Shown here in pieces: positions 50,929-61,691 of a stretch of DNA of 64,000 bases (position 1 is its first letter; each line of letters begins with the position of its first letter). The stretch comes from Squalus acanthias (Eukaryota), in assembly GCA_030390025.1 (NCBI GenBank), contig CM059442.1, positions 27,032,001-27,096,000 of the forward strand. The letters are read 5' to 3'. Below the pieces are notes generated by a model that saw only the letters and a list, made by a program, of their open reading frames with translations, had not been told where the DNA came from and searched no databases. The position numbers and the translations under genes were made by a program.

Positions 50929-51560
50929 GGAGTGGTCCCCAGACTCCATAAGAGTTCAATCCCCCCTCCTGGGACTTACCTGAGTGCCACTGCCAGCGAG
51001 GGAGGCAACCAGACATTGACATCTTTAATCAGGCAAGCTGCTATTTGGAGGCTTGACCAGCGCAGACAGCTCGTACCAAAATGTGGATGAGGCCCGAGAA
51101 TCAATTTCCATCAATCCTTGGGCCTCTTGGTTCAGGCGCATGCTGATCGCATAGCACCGAAAACGGGTCCAAACTAGGCCACTCTCTCTTACCTCACCTA
51201 TTGACCATGGTTGCTTAACAAGTGGACTTTTTGCCTTTTTGAGCTATGTACTGGCTTCGCATTGCACTGAAACCTTCTTTGAATACTTCCCACTGTCTGT
51301 CTGTAGGTTTACCCATAACAGTTCAGCCCAGTTTACTGTGGTCAATTCACTTCTTATCCAATCGAAGTTTGCTTTACTTAAATTCAAAACTTTGGTTTGT
51401 GACTCTCCCTTCTCCATCTCAAAGGTAAAATCAAATTCAGTCATATTGATGCCACTATTCACAAGGTGTTGCCTTACTGTCAGGTTGTCAACTAATTCTA
51501 GTTTGTTCCTCATCACTAAATCTGGTATGACCTGTTCCCTTGTCAGTTCTAAAACATATT

Positions 51561-51682
51561 GGGGGTAATTTTGACTTTGGTTGATAGTGTATTGATGGAA
51601 ATGAAAATCGGGAGAGATATATAATGGGCAGCTGAATCGATATCCCCTTTTTACGCAATCACCCAAACTCACAATTTCCCCC
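51561..51682. mobile_element. 122-bp Harbinger-type MITE
   Basis: TIRs GGGGGTAATT / AATTTCCCCC; perfect TSD ATT. Confidence 0.85.
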
Positions 51683-51853
51683 ATTGTTCCAGAAAACTGT
51701 CCTGAATACGTTCCAAAAATTCATTCCCTTTACTACTTGAGCTGTTCTGCTTCTCCCAGTCTATGAAAATTAAAATCTCCCATTATAACCACTCTGCTTC
51801 TGCTACATGCTTCCCTGACCTCCAGATTTATAAATCCCCCCTCCCCACACTAC

Positions 51854-53563
51854 GGCCGCGATTTTCCCTACCTCGGTGGGTCCGTGGCGGGCGACGTCGG
51901 TGGTGGGTGCCGACCCTGCAGCTGGCTCCAGCCCGCTCTGTAGAATAATTTTCCCTGATTGGGCTTGTTAAGCCCACCCAGCGCATTTCCCAGCCAATTG
52001 AAGGAAGCGGGTCTGATGACATAATTTGATGACGTGTCATCAGCCGGTTTCCTTAAAGGGACCATGTGCAAATTTACTTTGACATTTGTGCTGTCAGTGT
52101 TCTACAGCATGACTCCCTCCATATGCTTATGGAGGGAATCACAGCATACAGGGAGGTTCTCTTCCCTTCCAATGAGCGGAAGAGATCTCCCCAGGAGACC
52201 AACGCAGCCTGGTTGTACATCGCAGAGGAGGGCACAAGCAGGGATGTCGTCAGGAGGACCAGCCTTCAGTGGCACAAACATTTCAATGATCTAAATAGAT
52301 CACAAAACGTTACTGCAAAGCCACACTCAACCTCACCCTGCTGTGCCACTCATCACATCCTCATTACTCTGCTTTCCCTACCCTACACCTGCACATCCTT
52401 ACTCACACCAACTTACCTTGCACCTCCACCCATCCCTCTCTATCTACATTATCACTGCCCCATCTCACTAGCCACCCCTCACACTCACCCTCATCCTAGT
52501 CCAATCATACCAACTAACAACACACAAGGGTAGGAGCTTGTGTGTTTTAACCAATGTTCATGTGAAGTTTCTGTTAATGTGCTGTCAAACATTGAAATCT
52601 TTATTTTCAACACTTTGCGTTCTTGGACAGATTTGTGTGCACCTTTGGAAGTGGCTTAGTGAGTTGCAGTGAATGGTGAGACATAACGGTACCCCCCGCA
52701 ATGGTGATGAGTGTGAAAGGAATGGCTTAGACATTGTAGGGATGCTTTATGTTGTTGGTGTGGGGTGGTGCCAACCTGGCAGCCAGGGTGTGCAGTGTCA
52801 AGTGAAGTAAATGTGGCCATGGTAAGGCCATCCCTGGCCTCCTGGGCAGCAATGTGATCGGGTGCTGATGCCCTCTGTCCTGTGCAGCATCAGGTGATTG
52901 TGTCGAAGGTTGGTGTGGTTGTTGGTGCTGCTGGTGTGCCTGGTGCTGCTGGTGATGCGACTGATCGTGGTCAGATTCTGAGGACCAAGGAGAGAGAGTA
53001 TAAACCGTACCCATGCTGATGGAATAGATGGCAGGTGAACTTTAGATGACAGAAGCAATCTGTCAATGGTGAGAGAGGTTGTTCCAATGAGGTGACACTG
53101 GATAGAGAGTTTGCTCCAAACACTTCCAACCTGCATAAAGCTCAATCTGTCTTCCAAATGCAGTAAGTAACAGCTTCTGAGCTTGGAAAGTAAACAGCTG
53201 TGAGATGGAAGCTTTTATAGTACATTTCAAGCTGTCAAGTAATGAAATGATTCCATGGCCATTCAACTCCCACCCAGCTTAACAGACGTGATCCCCGAGC
53301 AGCGTGGACCCCGTTGACGAGCTATTAAATTCTAAAAGTGAGCTCAAAATTGTTGTTAATCCTCTGTTAACAAGGTCATAATGACCCGAATTGCCTCCCC
53401 CGCCGCTGCGTGTCGGGTCTGCTCAGTGCTGACAGACTCAACATTTGCTAAAGGCGTGTGGCGGTGGGTTGACAGCAGGGTCCCGACCCACTGTTAAAAA
53501 GAAACACTTTCCCACCTGACCCACCACCGATCGCGCCGTTGACCCCCGCGGAAAATTCCCCCC
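51854..53563. mobile_element. Internally deleted Harbinger transposon with a Myb/SANT exon remnant
   Basis: TIRs GGCCGCGATTTTCC / GGAAAATTCCCCCC; flanks TAC/TAT; + strand HDSLHMLMEG..REVLFP..AWLYIAEE..RRTSLQWHKHFNDL is an MSANTD/NAIF1-like domain (about 52105-52310). Confidence 0.85.
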
Positions 53564-53717
53564 TATGTAACTAATATTAGGACGTCTGTAGACAATTCCC
53601 ACCAAAGTCATGCATCCTAAACATAGACATAGACATAGAAGATAGGAGCAGGAGTAGGCCATTCGGCCCTTCGAGCCTGCTCCGCCATTCGATGAGATCA
53701 TGGCTGATCATCCAAAC

Positions 53718-56579
53718 TCAGTACCCTGTACCTGCCTTCTCCCCATATCCCTTGATACCTTTATCTTTAAGAAATATATCTAACTCATTCTTGAATATAT
53801 TTAATGACTTGGCCTCAACTACCTTCTGTGGTAGAGAATTCCACAGGTTCACCACTCTCTGGGTGAAGAAATTCTTCCTCATTTCTGTCCTAAATGGCTT
53901 ACCCCTTATCCTTAGATTATGACCCCTGGTTCTGGACTCTCCGACCATCGGGAACATTCTTCCTGCATCTAGTTTGTCCAGACCTGTCAGAATTTTATAT
54001 GTTTCGATGAGATCCCCTCGCATTCTTCTATACTCCAGCGAGTATAAGCCCAATCGACCCAATCTCTCCTCATATGTCATTCCTGCCATCCCAGGTATCA
54101 GCCTTGTGAATCTTTGCTGAACTCCTTCCATGGCAAGAACATCCTTCCTCAGATAAGGCGACCAAAACTGCACACAGTACTCAAGGTGTGGTCTCACCAA
54201 GGCCCTGTACAACTGCAGCAGGACATCCCTGTTCCTATACTCAAACCCTTTCGCTATGAAGGCCAACATACCATTTGCCTTCTTCACCGCCTGCTGCACC
54301 TGCATGCTTACCTTCAGCGACTGGTGCACAAGGACACCCAGGTCTCGTTGCACTTCCCCTTCTCCCAATCTACTGCCATTCAGATAATAGTCTGCCTTTC
54401 TGTTTTTGTCACCAAAGTGGATAACCTTGCATTTATCCACGTTATATTGCATCTGCCACGCTTCTGCCCACTCACCCAACCTGTCCAAATCATCCTGGAG
54501 TTTCTCGGTATCCTCCTCGCAGCACACACTCCCACCCAGCTTTGTGTCATCTGCAAACTTGGAGATATTACATTTAGTTCCCTTATCTAGATCATTAATG
54601 TATATTGTGAATAGCTGGGGTCCAAGAACTGATCCCTGCGGTACCCCACTAGTCACTGCCTGCCACTCGGAAAAAGACCCATTAATTCCTACTCTCTGCT
54701 TTCTGTCCGCCAACCAGTTCTCTATCCAAGTCAATACCTTGCCCCCAATCCCATGTGCCTTAACTTTACACGCTAATCTCTTATGCGGGACCTTATCGAA
54801 AGCCTTTTGAAAGTCCAAATACACCACATCTACTGGTTCTCCCTTATCTATTTTCCCAGTTACATCCTCAAAAAATTCCAGTAGATTAGTCAAGCACGAT
54901 TTACCTTTTGTAAATCCATGTTGACTTTGTCCGATCCTGTCACTGTTTTTCAAGTGCTCAGCTATTACATCCTTTATAATGGACTCTAGCATTTTCCCCA
55001 CTACCGATGTCAGGCTTACCGGTCTGTAATTCCCCGCTTTCTCTCTACCACCCTTTTTGAATAGTGGGGTAGCATTAGCTACCCTCCAATCCATGGGTAC
55101 AGTTCCATATTCAATCGAATGTTGGAAGATGATCAGCAATGCATCTACTATTTCTAGGGCCACTTCCTTAAGTACCCTAGGATGTAGATTATCAGGCCCT
55201 GGGGATTTATCGGCCTTCAATCCTGTCAATTTCCCTAACACCATTTCCCTGCAAATACTGATTTCTTTCAGTTCCTCCCTTTCATCAGACCGTATGTTCT
55301 CCAACATCTCTGGGAGGTTATTTGTGTCCTCCTTTGTGAAGACAGAACCAAAATATGCATTTAATTGGTCTGCCATTTCTTTGTTCCCCATTATAACTTC
55401 CCCCGCTTCTGACTGCAAGGGACCTACACTTGATTTCACTAATCTTTTTCTCTTCACATATCTATAAAAGCTCTTACAGTCAGTTTTTATGTTCCCTGCA
55501 AGCTTACTTTCATATTCTATTTTCCCCTTCTTAATTAATCCCTTTGTCCTCCTTTGTTGAATCCTAAACTGCTCCCAATCCTCAGGGTTACCGCTTTTTC
55601 TGGCCAATTTATATGCCCTCTCCTTGGATCTTATGCTATCCCTAATTTCCCTTGTTAGCCACGGTTGAGTCACCCTTTTTGTTTTATTCTTATGCCACAC
55701 TGGGATGAACAAATTCTGTAGTTCATCCATGCAGTCTTTGAATGTTTGCCATTGCCTATCCACCGTCAACCCTTTGAGTGACATTCCCCAATCAATCCTA
55801 CCCAATTCGCGCCTCATACCATCGTAGTTTCCTTTATTTAAATTCAGGACCCTAGTCTCTGATTCAACTACTTCACTCTCCATCCTAATGAAGAATTCTA
55901 TCATATTATGATCACTCTGACCCAAGGGGCCTCGTACAACAAAATTGCTAATTAATCCTTTCTCGTTACATAATACCCAGTCTGAGATGGCCTGATCTCT
56001 GGTTGGTTCCTCGACATATTGTTCCAGAAAACCATCCCGTAAACATTCTAGGAATTCTTCCTCCACAGTATTTTTACTAATTTGGTTAGCCCAATCTATA
56101 TGTAAATTAAAGTCACCCATGATGACTGCTGTGCCCTTACTGCATGCTTCTCTAATTTCCCTTTTAATGCCGTCCCCAACCTCCGTATTACTGTTTGGAG
56201 GTCTATATACCACTCCCACTAACGTTTTCTGCCCCTTGTTATTTCTCAGTTCTACCCATACAGATTCCGCATCATCAGAGCTAATATCCTTCCTTTCAAT
56301 TGTGTTAATCCCCTCTTTAACCAGCAATGCTACCCCACCTCCCTTTCTTTTTTGCCTATCTTTCCTAAATATTGAATACCCCTGGATGTTGAGTTCCCAG
56401 CCTTGGCCACCCTGGAGCCATGTTTCTGTAATCCCAATCAAATCGTATTCATTTACCTCTATTTGCGCAGCTAATTCATCCACCTTGTTCCGAATGCTCC
56501 TTGCATTAAGACACAAAGCCTTCAGGCTTGTTTTTTTAACGCTCTCAGACCTATATGAATTATTATTTACTGTGACCAT
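53718..56579 (-). CDS. CR1 ORF2: AP endonuclease and reverse transcriptase, 953 aa, uninterrupted
   Basis: LNARSIRNK, ITETWL, MGDFN and SDH endonuclease motifs; GVPQGSVLGP and KFADDTK RT motifs. Confidence 0.95.
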   Translation of the reverse strand: MVTVNNNSYRSESVKKTSLKALCLNARSIRNKVDELAAQIEVNEYDLIGITETWLQGGQGWELNIQGYSIFRKDRQKRKGGGVALLVKEGINTIERKDISSDDAESVWVELRNNKGQKTLVGVVYRPPNSNTEVGDGIKREIREACSKGTAVIMGDFNLHIDWANQISKNTVEEEFLECLRDGFLEQYVEEPTRDQAISDWVLCNEKGLISNFVVRGPLGQSDHNMIEFFIRMESEVVESETRVLNLNKGNYDGMRRELGRIDWGMSLKGLTVDRQWQTFKDCMDELQNLFIPVWHKNKTKRVTQPWLTREIRDSIRSKERAYKLARKSGNPEDWEQFRIQQRRTKGLIKKGKIEYESKLAGNIKTDCKSFYRYVKRKRLVKSSVGPLQSEAGEVIMGNKEMADQLNAYFGSVFTKEDTNNLPEMLENIRSDEREELKEISICREMVLGKLTGLKADKSPGPDNLHPRVLKEVALEIVDALLIIFQHSIEYGTVPMDWRVANATPLFKKGGREKAGNYRPVSLTSVVGKMLESIIKDVIAEHLKNSDRIGQSQHGFTKGKSCLTNLLEFFEDVTGKIDKGEPVDVVYLDFQKAFDKVPHKRLACKVKAHGIGGKVLTWIENWLADRKQRVGINGSFSEWQAVTSGVPQGSVLGPQLFTIYINDLDKGTKCNISKFADDTKLGGSVCCEEDTEKLQDDLDRLGEWAEAWQMQYNVDKCKVIHFGDKNRKADYYLNGSRLGEGEVQRDLGVLVHQSLKVSMQVQQAVKKANGMLAFIAKGFEYRNRDVLLQLYRALVRPHLEYCVQFWSPYLRKDVLAMEGVQQRFTRLIPGMAGMTYEERLGRLGLYSLEYRRMRGDLIETYKILTGLDKLDAGRMFPMVGESRTRGHNLRIRGKPFRTEMRKNFFTQRVVNLWNSLPQKVVEAKSLNIFKNELDIFLKDKGIKGYGEKAGTGY

Positions 56580-56701
56580 GTTTGATTTAAACCGTTGAGT
56601 TCTTTGCCTTCTACTTTTGTTTTTCTCCTTCCTGTCTTTTGCTTTTATCCTTGTTTCCCTTTCCTCTGTCTCCCTGCTCAGGTTCCCAACCCCCTGCCAC
56701 T

Positions 56702-57654
56702 TTAGTTTAAACCCTCCCCAACAGCACTAGCAAACACTCCCCCTAGGACATCGGTCCCGGCCCTGCCCAGGTGCAGACCGTCCCGTTTGTACTGGTCCCA
56801 CCTCCCCAGAACCGGTTCCAATGTCCAAGGAATTTGAATCCCTCCCCCTTGCACCATTCCTCTAGCCACGTATTCATTTGAAATATCCTCCTATTTCTAC
56901 TCTGACTAGCACGTGGCACTGGTAGCAATCCTGAGATTACTACCTTTGAGGTCCTATTTTTTAATTTACCTCCTAACTCCCTATATTCTGCTTTTAGGAC
57001 CTCATCCCGTTTTTTACCTATATCGTTGATGCCTATGTGCACCACGACAACTGGCTGTTCGCCCTCCCCCTCCAAAATGTTCTGTAGCCGCTCCAAGATG
57101 TCCTTGCCCCTTGCACCAGGGAGGCAACACACCATCCTGGAGTCTCGTTTGCGGCCGCAGAAACACCTATCTATTCCCCTTACAATTGAGTCCCCTATCA
57201 CTATAGCTCTTCCACACTTTTTCCTCCCAGCCTGTGCAGCAGAGCCACCCATGGTGCCAGGAAGTTGGCTGCTGCTGCCTTCCCCTGATAAGTCATCCCC
57301 CCCCCAACAGTATCCAAAGTGGTATATCTGTTTGAGAGGGGGGATGGCCACAGGGGACCCTTGCACTACCTGCCTGCACCTCTTACTCTGCCTGGTGGTC
57401 ACCCATTCACTTCCTGGCTGTACACCCTTTACCTGCGGTGTGACCAACTCGCTAAATGTGCTATCCATGACGTTCTCAGCGTCGCGAATGCTCCAATATG
57501 CATCCATCCGCAGCTCCAGTGCCGCAATGCGGTCTATCAGTAGCTGCAGCTGGATACACTTCCCACACACATGGTCGTCAGGGACACAGGAAGCGTCCCT
57601 GATTTCCCACATATAGCAGGAGGAGCATATCACGGGGCTGAGCTCTCCTGCCAT
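56702..57654 (-). CDS. CR1 ORF1 (zinc finger/leucine zipper and SGNH esterase) with homopolymer frameshifts
   Basis: CSSC..CGKC, GDSIVR, HIGIND; correcting three homopolymer runs restores PLSNRY and DGLHL..GEGLN* with the stop at 56702-56704. Confidence 0.85.
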
Positions 57655-57740
57655 GGCTTACCTTTAATTAATTAATTGAAATTAAATTAAATGAATCCCA
57701 CCAATTTCACTTCAATTAAATGATATACTCAAGGGCCCTT

Positions 57741-57976
57741 TCCCGACACTGGCCTCTGTAAAAAGCCCACGAAAGTGAGTTTAACTACTCACTGTGCTGC
57801 TGCTCTCTCCGCTCCCGACACTGGCCTCTGTAAAAAAGCCTGCAAAAGTGAGTTTAACTACTCACTGTGCTGCTGCTCTCTCCGCTCCCGACACTGGCCT
57901 CTGGAAAAAAGCCCGCGAAAGTGAGTTTAACTACTCACTGTGCTGCTGCTCTCTCCGCTCCCGACACTGGCCTCTG
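57741..57976 (-). repeat. About 3.25 tandem monomers of 72-73 bp forming the CR1 5' end
   Basis: Units start with TCCCGACACTGGCCTCTG at 57741, 57813, 57886 and 57959. Confidence 0.95.
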
Positions 57977-58819
57977 CTGTTCCTTAGTTCTACCTATCGT
58001 GTTTCCATTGCCTGTTCACCTTTACTGAAATCCTTTCTTTCCACTGCTGCAATTGTGCATTTTACTAATATTGCTACTCCTCCTTTCCTAATTTGCCGGC
58101 CCTTTCTAAAGATCCTATAGCTGGGAACATTTAGCTCCAAGTCATTCCCAGCTTGTAGGCAGGTCTCTAATGGCTAATACATCATACCCTTTAAGCTGAA
58201 TGTGTGCTTCTAACTCATTTGTTTTATTTCTTATGCTATGTGCATTCATCTACAGAACTCTTATTTGGGTAACTATCCCCATCCTGCCTAAATGACCTAA
58301 TGATGTATTTCTCACACGTTTGGTTACTGACGCTCGGTACATTGCTTACAGGCAAATTATTATGTTTTTTTTTTGTCAATCTTACTTTATTTTTAACAGG
58401 TATTTTATTATTACTTCCTTTAATCTTTTTTTCCCCCCCAGAGTATTTTTGCTATCTTTAACACTTTCTGTACTCTGATCTTTGCTCTTATCCCCTCTTT
58501 CTCTTATTTTTAGGTTACTATTATTTCCACCCAGACCCCCCACCCCCCCCTTCATTGATTCAAAGTTCTTTCTACAGTCCTATTTATCCTTTCCTCTAGA
58601 ACCTTGGTCCCAGGTGCAGCCCCTTCCAGCGGTTCAGCTCCTTCCTTCAGTACTGCACAACGCTCAAGTCCTGGAGTGGGGCTTGAATAAGAGGCAAAAA
58701 TGCAACCACTGAACTGAGCTGGCACTTAATAACACATAATGATCTTCTCTTCATTTCCCCCACCCCCAGTTTTCCTCCCTTAATCCATCTCTGATGAAGA
58801 CACTGACTCTTCCATATTT

Positions 58820-59340
58820 CAAAAGGGACATACATGCTTTGAAAAGGGTGCAGCAAAGATTAACAAGAATTATCCCAAGTGTTAAGGGGATGAGCTATGA
58901 AGGAGATTGCAGTAGCTTAAGCTTTAAAGTCTAAAGACAAGAATATTGAGGATGAAACTCATTGAGATATATAGGGTGAAATTTTCCATGGCCTTGTGGC
59001 ACCAGTGGGACCTCAGACAGAAAGCAACTTATCATAAACTCATTGGTGCGCTGATTTTCTGTCCATTGTGCATGAAAAATGTGGGCACTGCTGCTATGAT
59101 TTTGCAGAGTTGCCCACTGCATGCAATCTGCAAATATTTTACCCATAAAATATTAAATGCCAAAGATATAAGAATATTACTGAAGGTAAGTAATAGCAAC
59201 AGGACAAGACTACATACATTTAAATTAATGAAACGTACACTTAGAACAGAGCTTAGACATATTTCGTTACTCAGAGTGATATAGAATAATCTAAAGTAAT
59301 AGAATCAAAGACATTAGGAGAGTTCAAAATGCAGTTGAGT
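58820..59340 (+). mobile_element. Old CR1 3' fragment split by a MITE
   Basis: DIHALKRVQQRLTRIIP..LIEIY (insertion) KILN..SNRTRLH. Confidence 0.7.
58974..59144. mobile_element. 171-bp Harbinger-type MITE
   Basis: TIRs GGGTGAAATTTT / AATATTTTACCC; perfect TSD ATA. Confidence 0.8.
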
Positions 59341-60319
59341 GCTAAGTTGGGTAAGTAAAACTAGTGCAATGGTTTTCTCTGATTGGGCTGCTACAACTAT
59401 TGGCACACACCCAATTTTCTAACTCCCAAAAGACAGTGTCAGTTACCAAAAAGAAAACAGTGTTGATCATTGCAAAAATAATATACCATATCAACAAATA
59501 CAGAACAGAAACAATTTGACGACTGGCAGAAATCTGATGATCGCACAACCATCGAGGGTCCAAGGAACCCAGTATGAAACCCATGTGCTAGAGAGATAAG
59601 CTGGATAATTTGAATGTCCTTTTCTCACCTGTGACTTTCTCTTCTGTTTTTATTAAAGTTCTGCATAAATACTCCCTGATCACTAAACATAATTGAGAAA
59701 GGTTCTATGATAGCTATCCATCTCCACTATTCACCCCAGGTTAGCTGCTCTCCACAAACAGCAGCTTCTGAAACAGGACTTCTCCTTAGCTGACCAAGCT
59801 CATGAGCCTAGTGCTGCCTAAAGGAAGGTAAAACAGATGGCATCAGGAATGTGCTCATGAAGTTCACACATGTTAGACCTGCTGTCACCCACCTATCCCC
59901 TTCCTGGTGCCCTGCCCCTACTGACCTGCTCTAGGACAATCTGCTATAGCTGAGTATAGCTCACTGCCTTTCAATATATTACTTAATTCGCTGCATGCAT
60001 TTGCACATTTCTTGCAGCAAATTGTAATTTGTTGCATTCTTCTAGAGGTAAAACATGATATCATATAAGTATGCAAAAGCACAATTGCTCTGTAAGTACG
60101 CTAAAGCACAATTGCTCTATTATTTATGGTAAGTATATACATTTAATAGAAAACCTGAAGAAAGTTTTAATTGAGAACATGTAAGAAATGTGGAAGAGAA
60201 TTTGGTATGCCAAAGAACATTTTTGTAGGTTAAATATTAGTATGAAAATTATGTCTAAGAGTTTGTGTCACATGACAATGTTGTGGTCAATGACGAATGA
60301 ATGGCGCTACTTACACTTG

Positions 60320-60960
60320 CCCACAGACTTTCTGTTGGCTTTTACACTGGAACTTGTGGTTATTAGAGAGCCAAAACAGCGCAGCACTTTTATACAGGGG
60401 ATTTGGGACTTATGTGAACAGGGCAAGCAATGGTGTGTCTCCTTAACTAATCAACTTGAAGAATCCTTACTGAGATACACAGTCTAAACCAGGAAGTGTA
60501 AGTTAGAATAGTTAATTCAATGTCAAATCATGTAAGTAAGTGAAATAAAGAGAGGGAAAGAAAGATGGGATTAAGAGAGAGAGATAAAAGAGATAGAAAG
60601 AAAAAGTAAAAAAAAATTTTCAATGTTTTAATTTTTTTAAATCCCCAACAATAATTAAAATCTGAATGAATTAAATTCCAAACTTGTAAAGATAATTTTC
60701 AGTGCCAGAGAGGTTATTTGGCAGTAATTAAGACTTATTATGCCATTAAAAATTCACTTACACTTCAATGGACAAGGCCTAACTTTTTCTGGCATGTTTA
60801 GTGGGTATCTAGTGGCTAAGTGCTGCAACATCACACTATTTCCAGGCTAGCTACCGGTGTAGCAAAGCTTCTGGAGGAGCAGGGCAACTTGGACAGCAAC
60901 TTCCTGATTTCCGTGTTTAACTGCGCATGTGCAGCCACCAAAAGTTGCTGTCCAACTTAC
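60320..60960. mobile_element. Truncated MITE related to 22309-23070
   Basis: Shares GTGAACAGGGCAAGCAA, AAATAAAGAGAGGGAAA and AATTTTCAGTGCCAGAGAGGTT blocks. Confidence 0.7.
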
Positions 60961-60969
60961 TCTTTAATA

Positions 60970-61690
60970 ACACAACCATCTTCAGCCAGAAGTGCCAAGT
61001 GGATGATCCTTCTCAGCCTCCTCCTGAGGTCCCTACCATCACAAATGTCAGTCTTCAGCCAATTCGATTCATTTCACGCGATATCAAGAAACGGCTAAGT
61101 ATACTGGACACAGCAAAGGCTACGGGTCACAACAACATCCCGAATGTAGTGCTGAAGATCTGTGCTCCAAAAGTAGCCAGTCCTCTAGCCAAGCTCTTTT
61201 TGTGCAGCTACAACACTGACATCAACCAACATTGTGAAAGAATCTCCAGGTATATCCTTACTCACCGATAACCTGCTCATTGATGTTCAGTTTGAGTTCC
61301 TGCCAGAACCACTCAGCTCCAGACATCAATACAGCCTTCGTCAACATGAACAAAAAAAGAGTTGAATTCTATCGGTATGAGATTGACAGTCCTCGACATC
61401 AAGGAAGCATTTGACTGAGTGTGGCACCAAGGAGCCCTAGTAAGACTGAAGACAATGGAGATCAGACGGAAAACTCTCCAGTGGCTGGAGTCATACCTAG
61501 CATAAAGGAAGAGGGTTGTGGTTGTTAAGAGGCCAATCAATTCAGCCCCAGGACAACGCTGCAGGAGTTCTGCAGGGCAGTGTCCTAGGCCCAACTATCT
61601 TCAGCTGCTTCATCAATGGCCTTCCCTCCATTATAAGGTCAGAAGTAGGGCTGTTTGTTGATGATTGCACAGTGTTCAGCTCCATTTGCT
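60970..61690 (+). mobile_element. LINE family B RT fragment, cut by a CR1 insertion
   Basis: DIKKRLSILDTAKATG, GVLQGSVLGPTIFSCFIN, GLFVDD. Confidence 0.88.
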
Positions 61691-61691
61691 C

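Larger units (their letters stand above)
53621..57976 (-). mobile_element. Full-length young CR1 LINE (about 4.36 kb)
   Basis: Tandem-repeat 5' UTR, ORF1, intact ORF2, 3' UTR and (CTATGT)n tail. Confidence 0.97.
51190..58260 (-). mobile_element. Old CR1 endonuclease-region fragment split by three insertions
   Basis: Pieces at about 51190-51560, 51683-51853, 53564-53620 and 57977-58260 rejoin as RKGGVAILVK..ELRNS/GCMTLVGIVYRRPN/REACSRSRVVIMGDFN/FLEQ-YVLELTRE. Confidence 0.8.

Noticed and set aside
54114-57616. Several long plus-strand ORFs opposite the CR1
   Set aside because: Antisense shadow frames of the CR1 coding sequence with no independent domain signal
57741-57976. Regularly spaced hairpin-containing repeats resembling a CRISPR array
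   Set aside because: Whole units are near-identical with no unique spacers, there are no cas genes, and the array is the 5' end of a CR1
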